A DNA stretch of 33,403 nt from Myxococcota bacterium (GCA_049969675.1 JBMFOP010000024.1:1-33403), one strand, 5' to 3'. Numbered from the stretch's first letter, positions 10,003-19,263 are shown. Made by a program: numbers and translations. The notes: generated by a model from the letters alone, not told the origin.

Positions 10003-10797
10003 TCAACTCCTTAACTCCTCCAGAATCTTTACAGATTGAGAGGCACCTATTCTATCCGCACCAGCAGAGACCATCCTTTTAAGGTCTGAGAGAGTTTTGA
10101 TTCCACCAGACGCCTTTATCTTACATTTATTGCCTACCACTCTCCTGATTAATCTGATGTCCTCCTCTTTAGCACCTCCAGTTGAGAATCCGGTAGAGGT
10201 CTTGACAAAGGCAGCCCCAGCCTCCACACACAGAAGAGAGACAATCTCCTTCTCTGAATTATCAAGCAGACTGGTCTCAATAATTACCTTTACTGGAATC
10301 GGTCTTACCGCCTCCACTACTGCATAAATATCCTTTAAGAGATATGAATAGTCTTTTGACTTAAGCCTGCCAATATTTATAACTGTATCAATCTCCATTG
10401 CACCCTCTTTAACGGCTCTTACTGCCTCAAATGACTTTGAGATATAATCCATTGCACCGAGAGGGAATCCCACAACCGATATGGGTAGCACATCAGTTCC
10501 GCTTAACATCTCAGAGACAATCTTTACATTTGAGGAATTTACACACACGGTGGCAAATCTATATCGCTTTGCCTCGTCTGAGACCCTCTTTATATCTTCA
10601 ACCGTGGCATCTGCTTTGAGAATTGTATGGTCAATCAGTGCAGCGATATCTTCACTATTTTCTTGCCCTCTCGCATATCTGATATTGAGATTGCCAATAA
10701 ATTTATTGTCAATAGAGCCTTTTAGTTCCTCTCTTACATCACAAAAGACCTCCTCTTTCTTCACAATCAAATCATTTATTGTTATGCTACTCATCAT
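10003..10797 (-). CDS. deoC: Deoxyribose-phosphate aldolase (with ~45-aa N-terminal extension)
   Basis: IDHTILK, VVGFPLG, EIDTVIN, KVIIET, FVKTSTGF, IKASGGI and GADRIGAS. Confidence 0.97.
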   Translation of the reverse strand: MMSSITINDLIVKKEEVFCDVREELKGSIDNKFIGNLNIRYARGQENSEDIAALIDHTILKADATVEDIKRVSDEAKRYRFATVCVNSSNVKIVSEMLSGTDVLPISVVGFPLGAMDYISKSFEAVRAVKEGAMEIDTVINIGRLKSKDYSYLLKDIYAVVEAVRPIPVKVIIETSLLDNSEKEIVSLLCVEAGAAFVKTSTGFSTGGAKEEDIRLIRRVVGNKCKIKASGGIKTLSDLKRMVSAGADRIGASQSVKILEELRS

Positions 10798-11003
10798 TCG
10801 CCTCCGTAAAAAAGGAAAGACTGCTTATCACATATTAGATAGATTGTCAAAGTAACCAAAAATCACCATCTCTTTAATCTATCTGACTCCAAAATCAGAT
10901 TTGAGTCAACCAAATTTTGTTAAAAATTAAAACATTATCAAGAGGCTTTGCAATATTTGTTTCACCTACCATTTCTCCTGAAATACGCACCGTAAATAGA
11001 AGC

Positions 11004-11038
11004 CCATAGTCCACAGACCATAGTGAATAGTCCATAGT
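11004..11038. repeat. Heptamer tandem repeat (CCATAGT)x5, degenerate
   Basis: CCATAGT CCACAGA CCATAGT GAATAGT CCATAGT read directly. Confidence 0.8.
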
Positions 11039-11243
11039 TAGTGTCACCTGAACTGAATGTTTCTTTGTATTGATTGGGATTGGTAATCTCTACAAAATCA
11101 TTTTTTGTCTCAAAATATCTCTGTGTATGTAAATAACCTCTCACTTTTTGTGTGATATGGAGTTAAATTCAGACCTGTGTCTTTGTCAAATCTGTTCAGC
11201 ATGTTAACTAAACAGATCTGTGTTTTTATCTAAAAAATCAATT

Positions 11244-11304
11244 AGATCAGGTCTTAAAAATTCAATATCTTTGAGGGCTCAATTAAAATTTATTTTGGAC
11301 AGAT
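11244..11304. repeat. Partial or degenerate copy of the CTGTCCAAAAT repeat family
   Basis: 11290-11304 TTATTTTGGACAGAT is the exact reverse complement of 33148-33162. 11244-11253 AGATCAGGTC is the exact reverse complement of 26350-26359. Confidence 0.65.
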
Positions 11305-11349
11305 AAGATTACCTCTAAATTTTTTTTGAATATAAATTAGGTGGGAGGG

Positions 11350-11369
11350 GAGGGGCATTTCTGCCCCTC
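11350..11369. terminator. GC-rich hairpin just downstream of hsp20
   Basis: GAGGGGCA-TTTC-TGCCCCTC, an 8-bp perfect stem. The U-tract is only on the + strand side, so termination of hsp20 is uncertain. Confidence 0.5.
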
Positions 11370-11385
11370 TTTGTTCACAGGGAAT

Positions 11386-11829
11386 TCATTTGACCTCTAT
11401 CTCAATCGCCTTGCTCTTCTTCTCTTCGGTCTTTGGGATTGTCAGGGTGAGGACTCCATCTTTGTACTCCGCTGAGATCTTCGTGGCATCAACATTGTCC
11501 GGGAGGGTAAAGCTCCTGCAGAACTGCCCATAGACCCTCTCCAGCCTGTAGAACTTCCCGTCCTTCTTCTCTTCTCTCTCTGACTTCCTCTCGCCACTGA
11601 TTGTCAGAACATCATCCTCAACGCTAACCTTGATATCCTTCTGATTCATCCCGGGTAGATCAGCCTTGAGGTAGATGTTCTTCCCATCTTCGGTGATGTC
11701 CACTGCTGGACCCCACGCCTTCTCAATCCCACGTTCAAATGTCTCACCGAAGAAATCTTCAAAGAGCCTGTTTATCTCTCTCTGAATCCCTGTGAGCTCC
11801 CTTACTGGATTCAATCTTGTCAGCATCAT
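11386..11829 (-). CDS. Hsp20/alpha-crystallin small heat-shock protein
   Basis: PAVDITE, ADLPGM, LTISGER, ERVYGQFCRSFTLP and AEYKDGVLTLTIPK. Start moved to 11829 (AGGAGGT RBS). Confidence 0.96.
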   Translation of the reverse strand: MMLTRLNPVRELTGIQREINRLFEDFFGETFERGIEKAWGPAVDITEDGKNIYLKADLPGMNQKDIKVSVEDDVLTISGERKSEREEKKDGKFYRLERVYGQFCRSFTLPDNVDATKISAEYKDGVLTLTIPKTEEKKSKAIEIEVK

Positions 11830-11866
11830 ATCTCTTACCTCCTTTCCTCTATCTTTATCTGCTAAA

Positions 11867-11894
11867 AATTTAATCACTCTTTTAACTCTGTCAA
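11867..11894 (-). promoter_or_regulatory. Sigma70-like promoter for hsp20
   Basis: TTGACA (11894..11889)-N16-TAAATT, immediately after the upstream terminator. Confidence 0.55.
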
Positions 11895-11908
11895 CCGATT
11901 TTCTGAAT

Positions 11909-11940
11909 AAAAAAAGAGCGGAGATTTTACTCCGCTCTTT
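11909..11940 (-). terminator. Rho-independent terminator of the large lipoprotein gene
   Basis: AAAGAGCGGAG-6nt-CTCCGCTCTTT stem ending in a T7 tract on the minus strand, 27 nt after the stop at 11967. Confidence 0.9.
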
Positions 11941-11966
11941 ATCATTATTGAGTATATATACTTTTA

Positions 11967-14900
11967 TTATTTTATTTCAATAACCATCTTATATCCCGTA
12001 CCAGGCAGGTCTCCATAATTCGTCTCAGCCTTCACATCAATGTAGTAATCGCCGTCTGATGGAATCTCAAAATCGGCAATCTTTGAATAATAATTACTCA
12101 AATCAATATCTTCATTCCTTGCCAGCTCATCACCTGCATTATTAAAGAGAACAAGAGTAGTATCAGTAACCTCTGGTGCAAATCCAGCCTCGGTATATAT
12201 TGTAATCTTCTGTCCCTGTAAAAGTGTTATCTTAAAATAATCATCCAGATCATTGTCCTGTGCACCCTGTACATACTTCAGATTTCCAAAGACTATAATT
12301 CTGCTTTCACCGGGAGGAAGCGTATTTGCAGTGCCTCTATCATTATTTGGCTCGCTCTCCAGCATTCCATATCCATTTACAAAAGGAACCCCATTTACCC
12401 TTGTGCCAGGAGAGAACAATGCACCATTTGCCTCAGGTATGTCCGAATGTTTTGTAAAGTCCCCAGTTATATCAGGATTCCTTGTAAATGAGGCATCTAC
12501 ATTTGAGGAATTTGCATCATAAGAATATTCATCTATAATTACCGGTTCATAATTGATTGAGATTTTGGCCGTCAACTGCGAACCCTTTGGCATTGCAAGT
12601 CCACCTCTTGCGATATATACCTGAGCCACGCCAAAACTACCATCTGGCTTTCCACCACCAAAGACTACAATCGCACCCTTGGCGGGGATGGTAGTTCCGC
12701 AGGGGAATTTTATCTTTGTATTGTCATCAACTTTCAATTCCACCAATTCAATAAGTAAATCTTTCTCTGTGGTATTAACTATCTCTACAAACTGGTCACC
12801 CTCATCAATATTCCCATCATTATTGGCATCTTTAAGTGCGCCAGGGTAAAACTCATTAATAATAAGTTCATTTGCCAGAGGTCTTGATAAATTGGAAGTT
12901 AGACAACCATTGATAAGTTCATACTCAAGAACATAGCTGCCTTTTACTGGACCATAATCAATTTGCGCCTCTACTTTAATATAGAATGTGCCATCAAAAG
13001 GTATTGCCCAGCTATAAATTGCAGAATAATAATTGCTTCCATAATCCTCATTTGATGCAAGTTCATTTCCATCCGAATCAAGTATTGATATCTTTGTATC
13101 TTTTACCTCCGGGGCTGGGCCACCATACAAAGCAACATTCAATATCTGTCCAACGCTACCTGTAAATTTATATAAATCAATGAGGTCATCTTCTCCCTCT
13201 CCATCTCCATCTAAAGTACCAAAATACAACGAATGACTCTCCTTTACCTCATTTGCGATGCTCAAATCATCATTTGGCTCTTTTTCATCATAATATGGTA
13301 AAGCAACTTTCTTAATATCAATCGTGTATTTATAATTTGCGCCACCCTCGCCATTATAATCCAGAATTGCAACCATCAGATTGATGGGAGCAACTGACAG
13401 ATAGTTTAATGTTGCCTTTTTAAGTGGATCTTTATCATCGCCATGCGTTCCATCCAGCACCTGATATGTATCCGCATTGTAAAGCAGTATAAATGGTGTA
13501 AAGTTCGGGTCTGAGCCACTTGCCTGATATACATCTATTGTAAATTTATCTGCCTTTACACCGCTGAACTTATAGAACTTATAGGCGCCTGCCGGTTCCA
13601 ATGCACCACTATCTGAATATGGCATTGAAGAGGCATTCTTTGCACTGAGAGTTACCTTTTCTGCCTTAATTTTGTATTTATAATCCGCCCCACCTACTGG
13701 ATTGGGATTATCAGATGTATTTCTTGTATCCATTACTGCCACATAATATTTCCCTTCCTCGGATATTAGTGCCTCCACCATTGAATCCTTGCCGTTTGAA
13801 TTATCATTGAGGTTTACAACCACTGGATAAGGTCCAAGGATTGTATCAACTACCTGATACACAATTAAATAAGAATCAAGTGGAGAAGATGGGCTTCCAT
13901 TTTCGGCAACAATTGAAAATCTGTACAACTCCCCGGGCTTGCCATAGAAATAGAAATTATCTAAATCTCCTATCTTAATTGGATTTCCATTTTCATCTTT
14001 GCCGTCCTTTGGTTCACCGATTGTGCCAGATGTCTCAGAAGGTATTCTCATCGCAGAGGCATTTGTATAAGAATCATTCGGTTCAACCTCCACATCCATA
14101 GGCAGGAAATCCACATCAAGGTCATAATCAGTCTTTTGATTTGTATATATGATTGCTTCTACTATCAGATAGAAATTTCCAGAGCCGCCAGTATATGCAA
14201 GTAGTAGTGAATCAGTGATTCCATTGTCTGCATCAATATCATCAGCCAATTCAATGAACTCTTTCTTATCTGCATTAAAGAGTGTGACAACAGTGTTTAC
14301 CTCTGATGGGGTCGCCAGTCTTACAGCAGAGGTCTCCGCCTTGATATATTTCTCTTCCGCCACATTAAAACTAAATATGTCTGGCATATCAACTGGCATC
14401 GCCTTTGAGACCTTTTTAGGCACAGATGAGAGATCCAGAGTCTCTCTATCAAGAGAGGAATACTTAATCGTGAGAGTATATTTATATTTCTCTCCTCCCA
14501 CATTAGCCGGATTCTGTCCAAAATTGGTATATTCTCCAACAACTGCTAAATATCTTCCATCTCTGGGAATAAATGCTGTAAATGCAGCATTTGTGTTGTT
14601 ATCCATATTCATAAGAGCACTCCTGTAAAGGAAACTCCCACCGGTCTTGCTATCAACCAGAATCACCACCGGAACTATATCCATATTTTCAAGTGCCTTT
14701 GCCTCAAGCCTTATAATATCTCCAGCCTTTGCCTCAAATTCAAAGAAGTCAAGGTCATTTTTATAATAATCATTTTGGGGGTCATAGACTGGTTCATCAA
14801 TCTGCCCGCTTATCTCAGCATTGAGCTCTACCTTATTCGGTTTATCAAAACTATCTGGCTCCTCTGCATTGTATTTGTGCTCCTCTGGACCTACATCCAC

Positions 14901-15227
14901 CACATCTGTGCCCGCATCTTCTCCAACATCTGGCAAAACATCTTCTGATACATCTGGCAAAACATCCTCTGATACATCAGGTAATACATCCTCTAATACA
15001 TCAGGGGAAACATCCTCTGATACATCAGGGGAAACATCCTCTGATACATCAGGGGAAACATCCTTACCTGCATCTATCCCTGATGTATCTGTTACCACAT
15101 CAGTAATAGTTACATCCAGAGTCGCATCCTTACCCCCATTTCCACCGCCATTGTCATCACTGCAAGCATAGGCAAACAATGATAAAATAATGGCTAATAC
15201 TACAATAACTGACTGCTTCAAACCCAT
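11967..15227 (-). CDS. Large surface lipoprotein with multiple PPC-like domains and a lamin-tail-like domain
   Basis: Start moved to 15227 (AAGGAGGT RBS). Lipobox FAYA-C, acidic repeat linker, ExEPN[DN] motifs, D-x-D-(F/Y)-(F/Y)-x-F and GxYY PPC-like strands, and an IINEF...DANNDG...QFVEIVN...SPGT LTD-like segment. Confidence 0.85.
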   Translation of the reverse strand: MGLKQSVIVVLAIILSLFAYACSDDNGGGNGGKDATLDVTITDVVTDTSGIDAGKDVSPDVSEDVSPDVSEDVSPDVLEDVLPDVSEDVLPDVSEDVLPDVGEDAGTDVVDVGPEEHKYNAEEPDSFDKPNKVELNAEISGQIDEPVYDPQNDYYKNDLDFFEFEAKAGDIIRLEAKALENMDIVPVVILVDSKTGGSFLYRSALMNMDNNTNAAFTAFIPRDGRYLAVVGEYTNFGQNPANVGGEKYKYTLTIKYSSLDRETLDLSSVPKKVSKAMPVDMPDIFSFNVAEEKYIKAETSAVRLATPSEVNTVVTLFNADKKEFIELADDIDADNGITDSLLLAYTGGSGNFYLIVEAIIYTNQKTDYDLDVDFLPMDVEVEPNDSYTNASAMRIPSETSGTIGEPKDGKDENGNPIKIGDLDNFYFYGKPGELYRFSIVAENGSPSSPLDSYLIVYQVVDTILGPYPVVVNLNDNSNGKDSMVEALISEEGKYYVAVMDTRNTSDNPNPVGGADYKYKIKAEKVTLSAKNASSMPYSDSGALEPAGAYKFYKFSGVKADKFTIDVYQASGSDPNFTPFILLYNADTYQVLDGTHGDDKDPLKKATLNYLSVAPINLMVAILDYNGEGGANYKYTIDIKKVALPYYDEKEPNDDLSIANEVKESHSLYFGTLDGDGEGEDDLIDLYKFTGSVGQILNVALYGGPAPEVKDTKISILDSDGNELASNEDYGSNYYSAIYSWAIPFDGTFYIKVEAQIDYGPVKGSYVLEYELINGCLTSNLSRPLANELIINEFYPGALKDANNDGNIDEGDQFVEIVNTTEKDLLIELVELKVDDNTKIKFPCGTTIPAKGAIVVFGGGKPDGSFGVAQVYIARGGLAMPKGSQLTAKISINYEPVIIDEYSYDANSSNVDASFTRNPDITGDFTKHSDIPEANGALFSPGTRVNGVPFVNGYGMLESEPNNDRGTANTLPPGESRIIVFGNLKYVQGAQDNDLDDYFKITLLQGQKITIYTEAGFAPEVTDTTLVLFNNAGDELARNEDIDLSNYYSKIADFEIPSDGDYYIDVKAETNYGDLPGTGYKMVIEIK
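14919..15062 (-). repeat. Intragenic 24-bp tandem repeat x6 encoding DV(S/L)PDV(S/L/G)E
   Basis: Six in-frame units: DVSPDVSE, DVSPDVSE, DVSPDVLE, DVLPDVSE, DVLPDVSE, DVLPDVGE. Neighbouring units are near-identical in DNA. Confidence 0.93.
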
Positions 15228-15249
15228 AATACACCTCCTTAAATAAGGG

Positions 15250-16368
15250 TTAAAAATTGAACTTAAAGGCATAAGTAAATTTGTCGGTTGAGGTTATATA
15301 GACTATATTCCCCTCAATCACCGGGTCAGATTCAATCTTTCCACCAGTCTTATATTCAAATATAGATTTTAATGTGGCAGAATCTACGAAGTATATGGTT
15401 CCATCGCCCTGACCACCGGCAAAGACTATAATATTTTTATAAAGTGCGGGAATAGATATTACCGGGCCGGCCGCTGCAAATTTACCGGCAATACTTCCGG
15501 ATTTCTTATCAACAATATAAAGATTTTTATCGTTTGAACCAAAGTATATTTTATCCCCCTCTATTCTCGGTGAACTATTTATCCACCCCTGTGTCTCCAC
15601 CTTAAAATAGACCTTCTTCCCCTCCTTTGCATCTATAGCATATAAATGTTTATCATTTGAGCCAAAATAGATTATACCGTTCTCAACTACTGGAGAGGAG
15701 GTAACCGCATCTTCTGTCTTGAATCTAAAGACCATTGTCCCATCATTGATATTCACCGCATAAAGATAGTTATCCAGATTGCCAACATATAAAATATCTC
15801 CATCAATAAAAGGCGCAGAATAACTGAACTCGCCCACTTTGAGGTCCTCCACTAGCCCGGCTATATCCTTCCCTTCTGACTTAAGCGCTGCCACCTTCTC
15901 GTTGTGTGACTCAGGAAATTTCCAGACCAATTCTTTATTGGCAATCTTTAATGCATAGATATGCCCATCGTAACTTGTAAAATAAACTATATCACCTTTA
16001 ATAGCAGGGTCAGACTTGATAGCCCTCCTTGTAGTAAACTTCCAGGTCTCCTTCCCCATTGAATCAACCGCATAAAAATTATAATTGATTGAGCCAAATA
16101 GAATCTTCCCCTGAGCATATTTAGGGGCTGAAATGATATTCATCCCAACATTGTAGCTCCATCTCGGCTCTCCGGTCCTCTTGTTTAATGCCGTAAGATA
16201 GCCATCCTCATTTCCAAATATGAGCAAATCGTCAAGTATTAGAGGAGTTGAATAAGAAGGTGCCTGCCCTAAATACTTCCATAGAAGTTCCACAGGCTGA
16301 TTCTTCTTACAGGATGAAAAAATAACCACTAAAAATGCCAAACTTAAAACTAAAAAATTTTTCTTCAT
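15250..16368 (-). CDS. PQQ-like (BamB-type) beta-propeller lipoprotein
   Basis: Lipobox FSS-C; about 8 repeats of S(S/A/D)P...(I/V)YFGSxDxxLYA...G...W/F. Confidence 0.9.
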   Translation of the reverse strand: MKKNFLVLSLAFLVVIFSSCKKNQPVELLWKYLGQAPSYSTPLILDDLLIFGNEDGYLTALNKRTGEPRWSYNVGMNIISAPKYAQGKILFGSINYNFYAVDSMGKETWKFTTRRAIKSDPAIKGDIVYFTSYDGHIYALKIANKELVWKFPESHNEKVAALKSEGKDIAGLVEDLKVGEFSYSAPFIDGDILYVGNLDNYLYAVNINDGTMVFRFKTEDAVTSSPVVENGIIYFGSNDKHLYAIDAKEGKKVYFKVETQGWINSSPRIEGDKIYFGSNDKNLYIVDKKSGSIAGKFAAAGPVISIPALYKNIIVFAGGQGDGTIYFVDSATLKSIFEYKTGGKIESDPVIEGNIVYITSTDKFTYAFKFNF

Positions 16369-16452
16369 ATTCCTACCATCCCTTTAATAGTATTCAATGT
16401 CATTTAATATCATATTACATTTTTGTCAACAAATATTTTTGGCATTTTATGT

Positions 16453-16480
16453 TTGACATTTCATTGCATAAATATAATAT
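16453..16480 (+). promoter_or_regulatory. Sigma70-like promoter for lepA-lepB, back-to-back with a TTGACA for the propeller gene at 16429..16424
   Basis: TTGACA 16453-16458, N16, TAATAT 16475-16480 (TATAAT overlaps at 16473). Confidence 0.6.
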
Positions 16481-16522
16481 TGCGTCGCTTATTTTACTAT
16501 TTTATTCTCCATTTGAGGTCGT

Positions 16523-18334
16523 ATGGATTTGAAAAGAATCAGGAACTTTTGCATAATAGCACATATTGACCACGGCAAATCTACACTTGCGGACAGAATC
16601 CTGAACCTGACAGGCGCCATAAGCGATAGAGAGATGAGAGAACAGTATCTGGACTCTATGGACATAGAACGGGAACGTGGAATTACAATTAAGGCAAGTG
16701 CAGTAAGGCTCAATTATAAATCAAAAACTGGTGAGGAATATATCTTTAATCTGATTGATACACCCGGACATGTGGACTTCTCCTATGAAGTCTCAAGGGC
16801 ACTTAAGGCCTGTGAAGGTGCAATACTGGTAGTAGATGCCTCACAGGGGGTGGAGGCACAGACTGTATCAAATGTCTATCAGGCAATAGAGAATGACCTG
16901 ACCATACTACCTGTTATAAATAAGATAGACCTTCCAAATATTGATATAGATATGTGCCTGAATCAGCTTGAAAATGACATTGGTCTTAATACCTCCTCAC
17001 ATATTAAAGTAAGCGCAAAATCTGGATTGAATGTAGATGTATTGCTTGAGGAGATTATAAGGCAGATACCCCCACCATCCGGTTCACCAGAAAATCCATT
17101 AAGGGCTCTGATCTTTGACAGCTGGTTTGACAACTATAAAGGTGTTATAGTCCTCATAAGGGTCTTTGATGGCATTATAAAGAAGGGGACAAAGATTAAG
17201 CTGATGTCAAATAATAAAGTCTTTGAGGTAATGGATGTGGGGGTTTTGACTCCACACCAGAAGTTTGTAGATTCTCTCTCGGCTGGTGAGGTGGGATTTA
17301 TCTCTGCAAACATAAAAGACATCAAGGATGCACGAGTAGGAGATACTATAACATACGAGGAGAATCCAGCCTCATCGCCGCTTCCGGGCTTTAAGGAGAG
17401 CAAACCTATGGTCTTTGCAGGATTCTACCCGGTGGAGGCACAGAAATACAATCAGTTGAGAGACGCAGTTGAGAAATTAAGATTAAATGATGCGAGTTTC
17501 GTATTTGAGCCCGAGAATTCAGCGGCACTGGGACTTGGATTCAGATGTGGATTTTTAGGACTTTTGCATATGGAGGTTATCAAGGAGAGGCTTGAAAGGG
17601 AGTATGGACTTGAACTCATATCCACCGCCCCAAATGTTGTATATGAAATCCTCACGACCAGAGGAGAGAAAGTCGTTATAGATTCCCCATCCAAGATGCC
17701 ACCTTCACAATTTATAAAATCTATATTTGAACCAATAATCCTTGCTACCATTCATATTCCATCTGAATATATAGGGGCAGTACTAAAGTTATGTGAAGAG
17801 CGAAGGGGGATACAGAAGTCTATTGACTATCTCTCTCAGAACAGGGTAGCCATAAAATATGAGATGCCACTGTCGGAGATAATATTTGATTTTTACGACA
17901 GACTCAAGACAGTGACAAGAGGTTATGGCTCTCTGGACTACGAATTTATCGGATATAGGGAGGGTGAGCTGGTCAAGGTAGATATACTCTTAAATGGTGA
18001 TATAGTTGATGCTTTATCAATCATAGTCCATAAGGACTTTGCTTATAGAAGGTCAAAAGAGCTTGTACATAAGATTCGTGGCGTCATCCCGAGACATCAG
18101 TTTGAGATAGCTGTTCAGGCGGCTATTGGCTCAAGGGTAATAGCAAGAGAGTCAATAAAGGCTTTTAGAAAGGATGTGCTTGCAAAGTGCTACGGTGGTG
18201 ATGTCACCCGAAAGAGAAAACTACTTGAAAAGCAGAAGGAGGGGAAAAAGAAGATGAAACAGGTAGGCAGAATTGAGATTCCACAGGAGGCATTTCTTGC
18301 CGTCCTTTCCACAGAGGAGATTGAGGAAGAATAA
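16523..18334 (+). CDS. lepA: Elongation factor 4
   Basis: [52 protein letters not shown] and [22 protein letters not shown]. Confidence 0.99.
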   Translation: MDLKRIRNFCIIAHIDHGKSTLADRILNLTGAISDREMREQYLDSMDIERERGITIKASAVRLNYKSKTGEEYIFNLIDTPGHVDFSYEVSRALKACEGAILVVDASQGVEAQTVSNVYQAIENDLTILPVINKIDLPNIDIDMCLNQLENDIGLNTSSHIKVSAKSGLNVDVLLEEIIRQIPPPSGSPENPLRALIFDSWFDNYKGVIVLIRVFDGIIKKGTKIKLMSNNKVFEVMDVGVLTPHQKFVDSLSAGEVGFISANIKDIKDARVGDTITYEENPASSPLPGFKESKPMVFAGFYPVEAQKYNQLRDAVEKLRLNDASFVFEPENSAALGLGFRCGFLGLLHMEVIKERLEREYGLELISTAPNVVYEILTTRGEKVVIDSPSKMPPSQFIKSIFEPIILATIHIPSEYIGAVLKLCEERRGIQKSIDYLSQNRVAIKYEMPLSEIIFDFYDRLKTVTRGYGSLDYEFIGYREGELVKVDILLNGDIVDALSIIVHKDFAYRRSKELVHKIRGVIPRHQFEIAVQAAIGSRVIARESIKAFRKDVLAKCYGGDVTRKRKLLEKQKEGKKKMKQVGRIEIPQEAFLAVLSTEEIEEE

Positions 18335-19254
18335 TGGATATCAGGTTAATTTACAAAAAATATAGATTGAAAAAAAGATACAACAGGATAAGAGAACAAT
18401 CTGAATGGATATTAAAGCACAGGTCAGAAAAACTTACAGATGAACAGATTGAGAAATCCATTGAGTATCTTAACAAATTGAAGGAACTATCGTCCTCCAC
18501 AGACTTTCAGAAGTTTAAAACAGAATTTGAAAAGTTTAAAGACTTCTTTGAAAAGAATCTTGAAAAGCACAAAAAGGGTGTTATAAGAGAGAATATTGAA
18601 TCCATACTCTGGGCAGCCGCCATCGCCCTGCTCCTCAGGTCATTTGTAATTGAGGCATATAAGATACCGTCTGGCTCAATGATTCCGACGCTTATCATTG
18701 GGGACCACCTCTTTGTTAATAAGTATATCTATGGATTGAAGATACCGTTTACATTTATAAAGTTCTTTGATTACAGAAAGCCAAAGAGAGGAGAGATTGT
18801 AATATTTACAAAACCAGACGAAGGGAAAGATTTTATCAAGAGAGTAATCGGAATAGAAGGAGACACAGTAGAAGTACATGGACACGATATCTATCTAAAC
18901 GGAGAGCTTCTAAAAAAAGAATATGTGGGTGAGTATGAATATCCAGAGAAGGACGAATTTACAGATACATACAGAATAATCAAGACTCAGAGATATATTG
19001 AGACCATAGGAGATATAAAGCACGATATCATACTGAGACCAGATTCTCCCCTTATGGGGTACGGAGATGGGGTATATAAAGTTGGCAAAGATTCTATCTT
19101 CGTAATGGGGGATAATAGAGACAATAGTTCAGATTCAAGATTCTGGGGGACAGTAAATCTCAAACAGGTCAAGGGGAGGGCAATGTTTATCTGGTGGTCC
19201 TGGGGCGGAGGACAGGGAATACAGTTTAAGCGAATATTTAAATGGATTAGATGA
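18334..19254 (+). CDS. lepB: Signal peptidase I with N-terminal charged extension
   Basis: IPSGSMIPTL, FIKRVIG, MGDNRDNSSDSRFWG; coupled to lepA by TAATG. Confidence 0.97.
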   Translation: MDIRLIYKKYRLKKRYNRIREQSEWILKHRSEKLTDEQIEKSIEYLNKLKELSSSTDFQKFKTEFEKFKDFFEKNLEKHKKGVIRENIESILWAAAIALLLRSFVIEAYKIPSGSMIPTLIIGDHLFVNKYIYGLKIPFTFIKFFDYRKPKRGEIVIFTKPDEGKDFIKRVIGIEGDTVEVHGHDIYLNGELLKKEYVGEYEYPEKDEFTDTYRIIKTQRYIETIGDIKHDIILRPDSPLMGYGDGVYKVGKDSIFVMGDNRDNSSDSRFWGTVNLKQVKGRAMFIWWSWGGGQGIQFKRIFKWIR

Positions 19255-19263
19255 GTCAGATTT

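Noticed and set aside
10962..11144. 60-aa minus-strand ORF
   Set aside because: Non-ATG start, no RBS, runs through the heptamer tract, and resembles no family.
11170..11254. Mini-CRISPR array
   Set aside because: Only two degenerate 21-nt units with a 22-nt gap, and no cas genes.
11830..11894. CIRCE (HrcA) operator or RNA thermometer upstream of hsp20
   Set aside because: GAGTGATTA and TTAGCAGAT resemble half-sites but are in the wrong order and spacing for TTAGCACTC-N9-GAGTGCTAA. The leader is purine-rich and cannot sequester the SD.
14821..15171. Ser/Thr-rich 116-aa + strand ORF
   Set aside because: Antisense shadow of the 24-bp tandem repeat.
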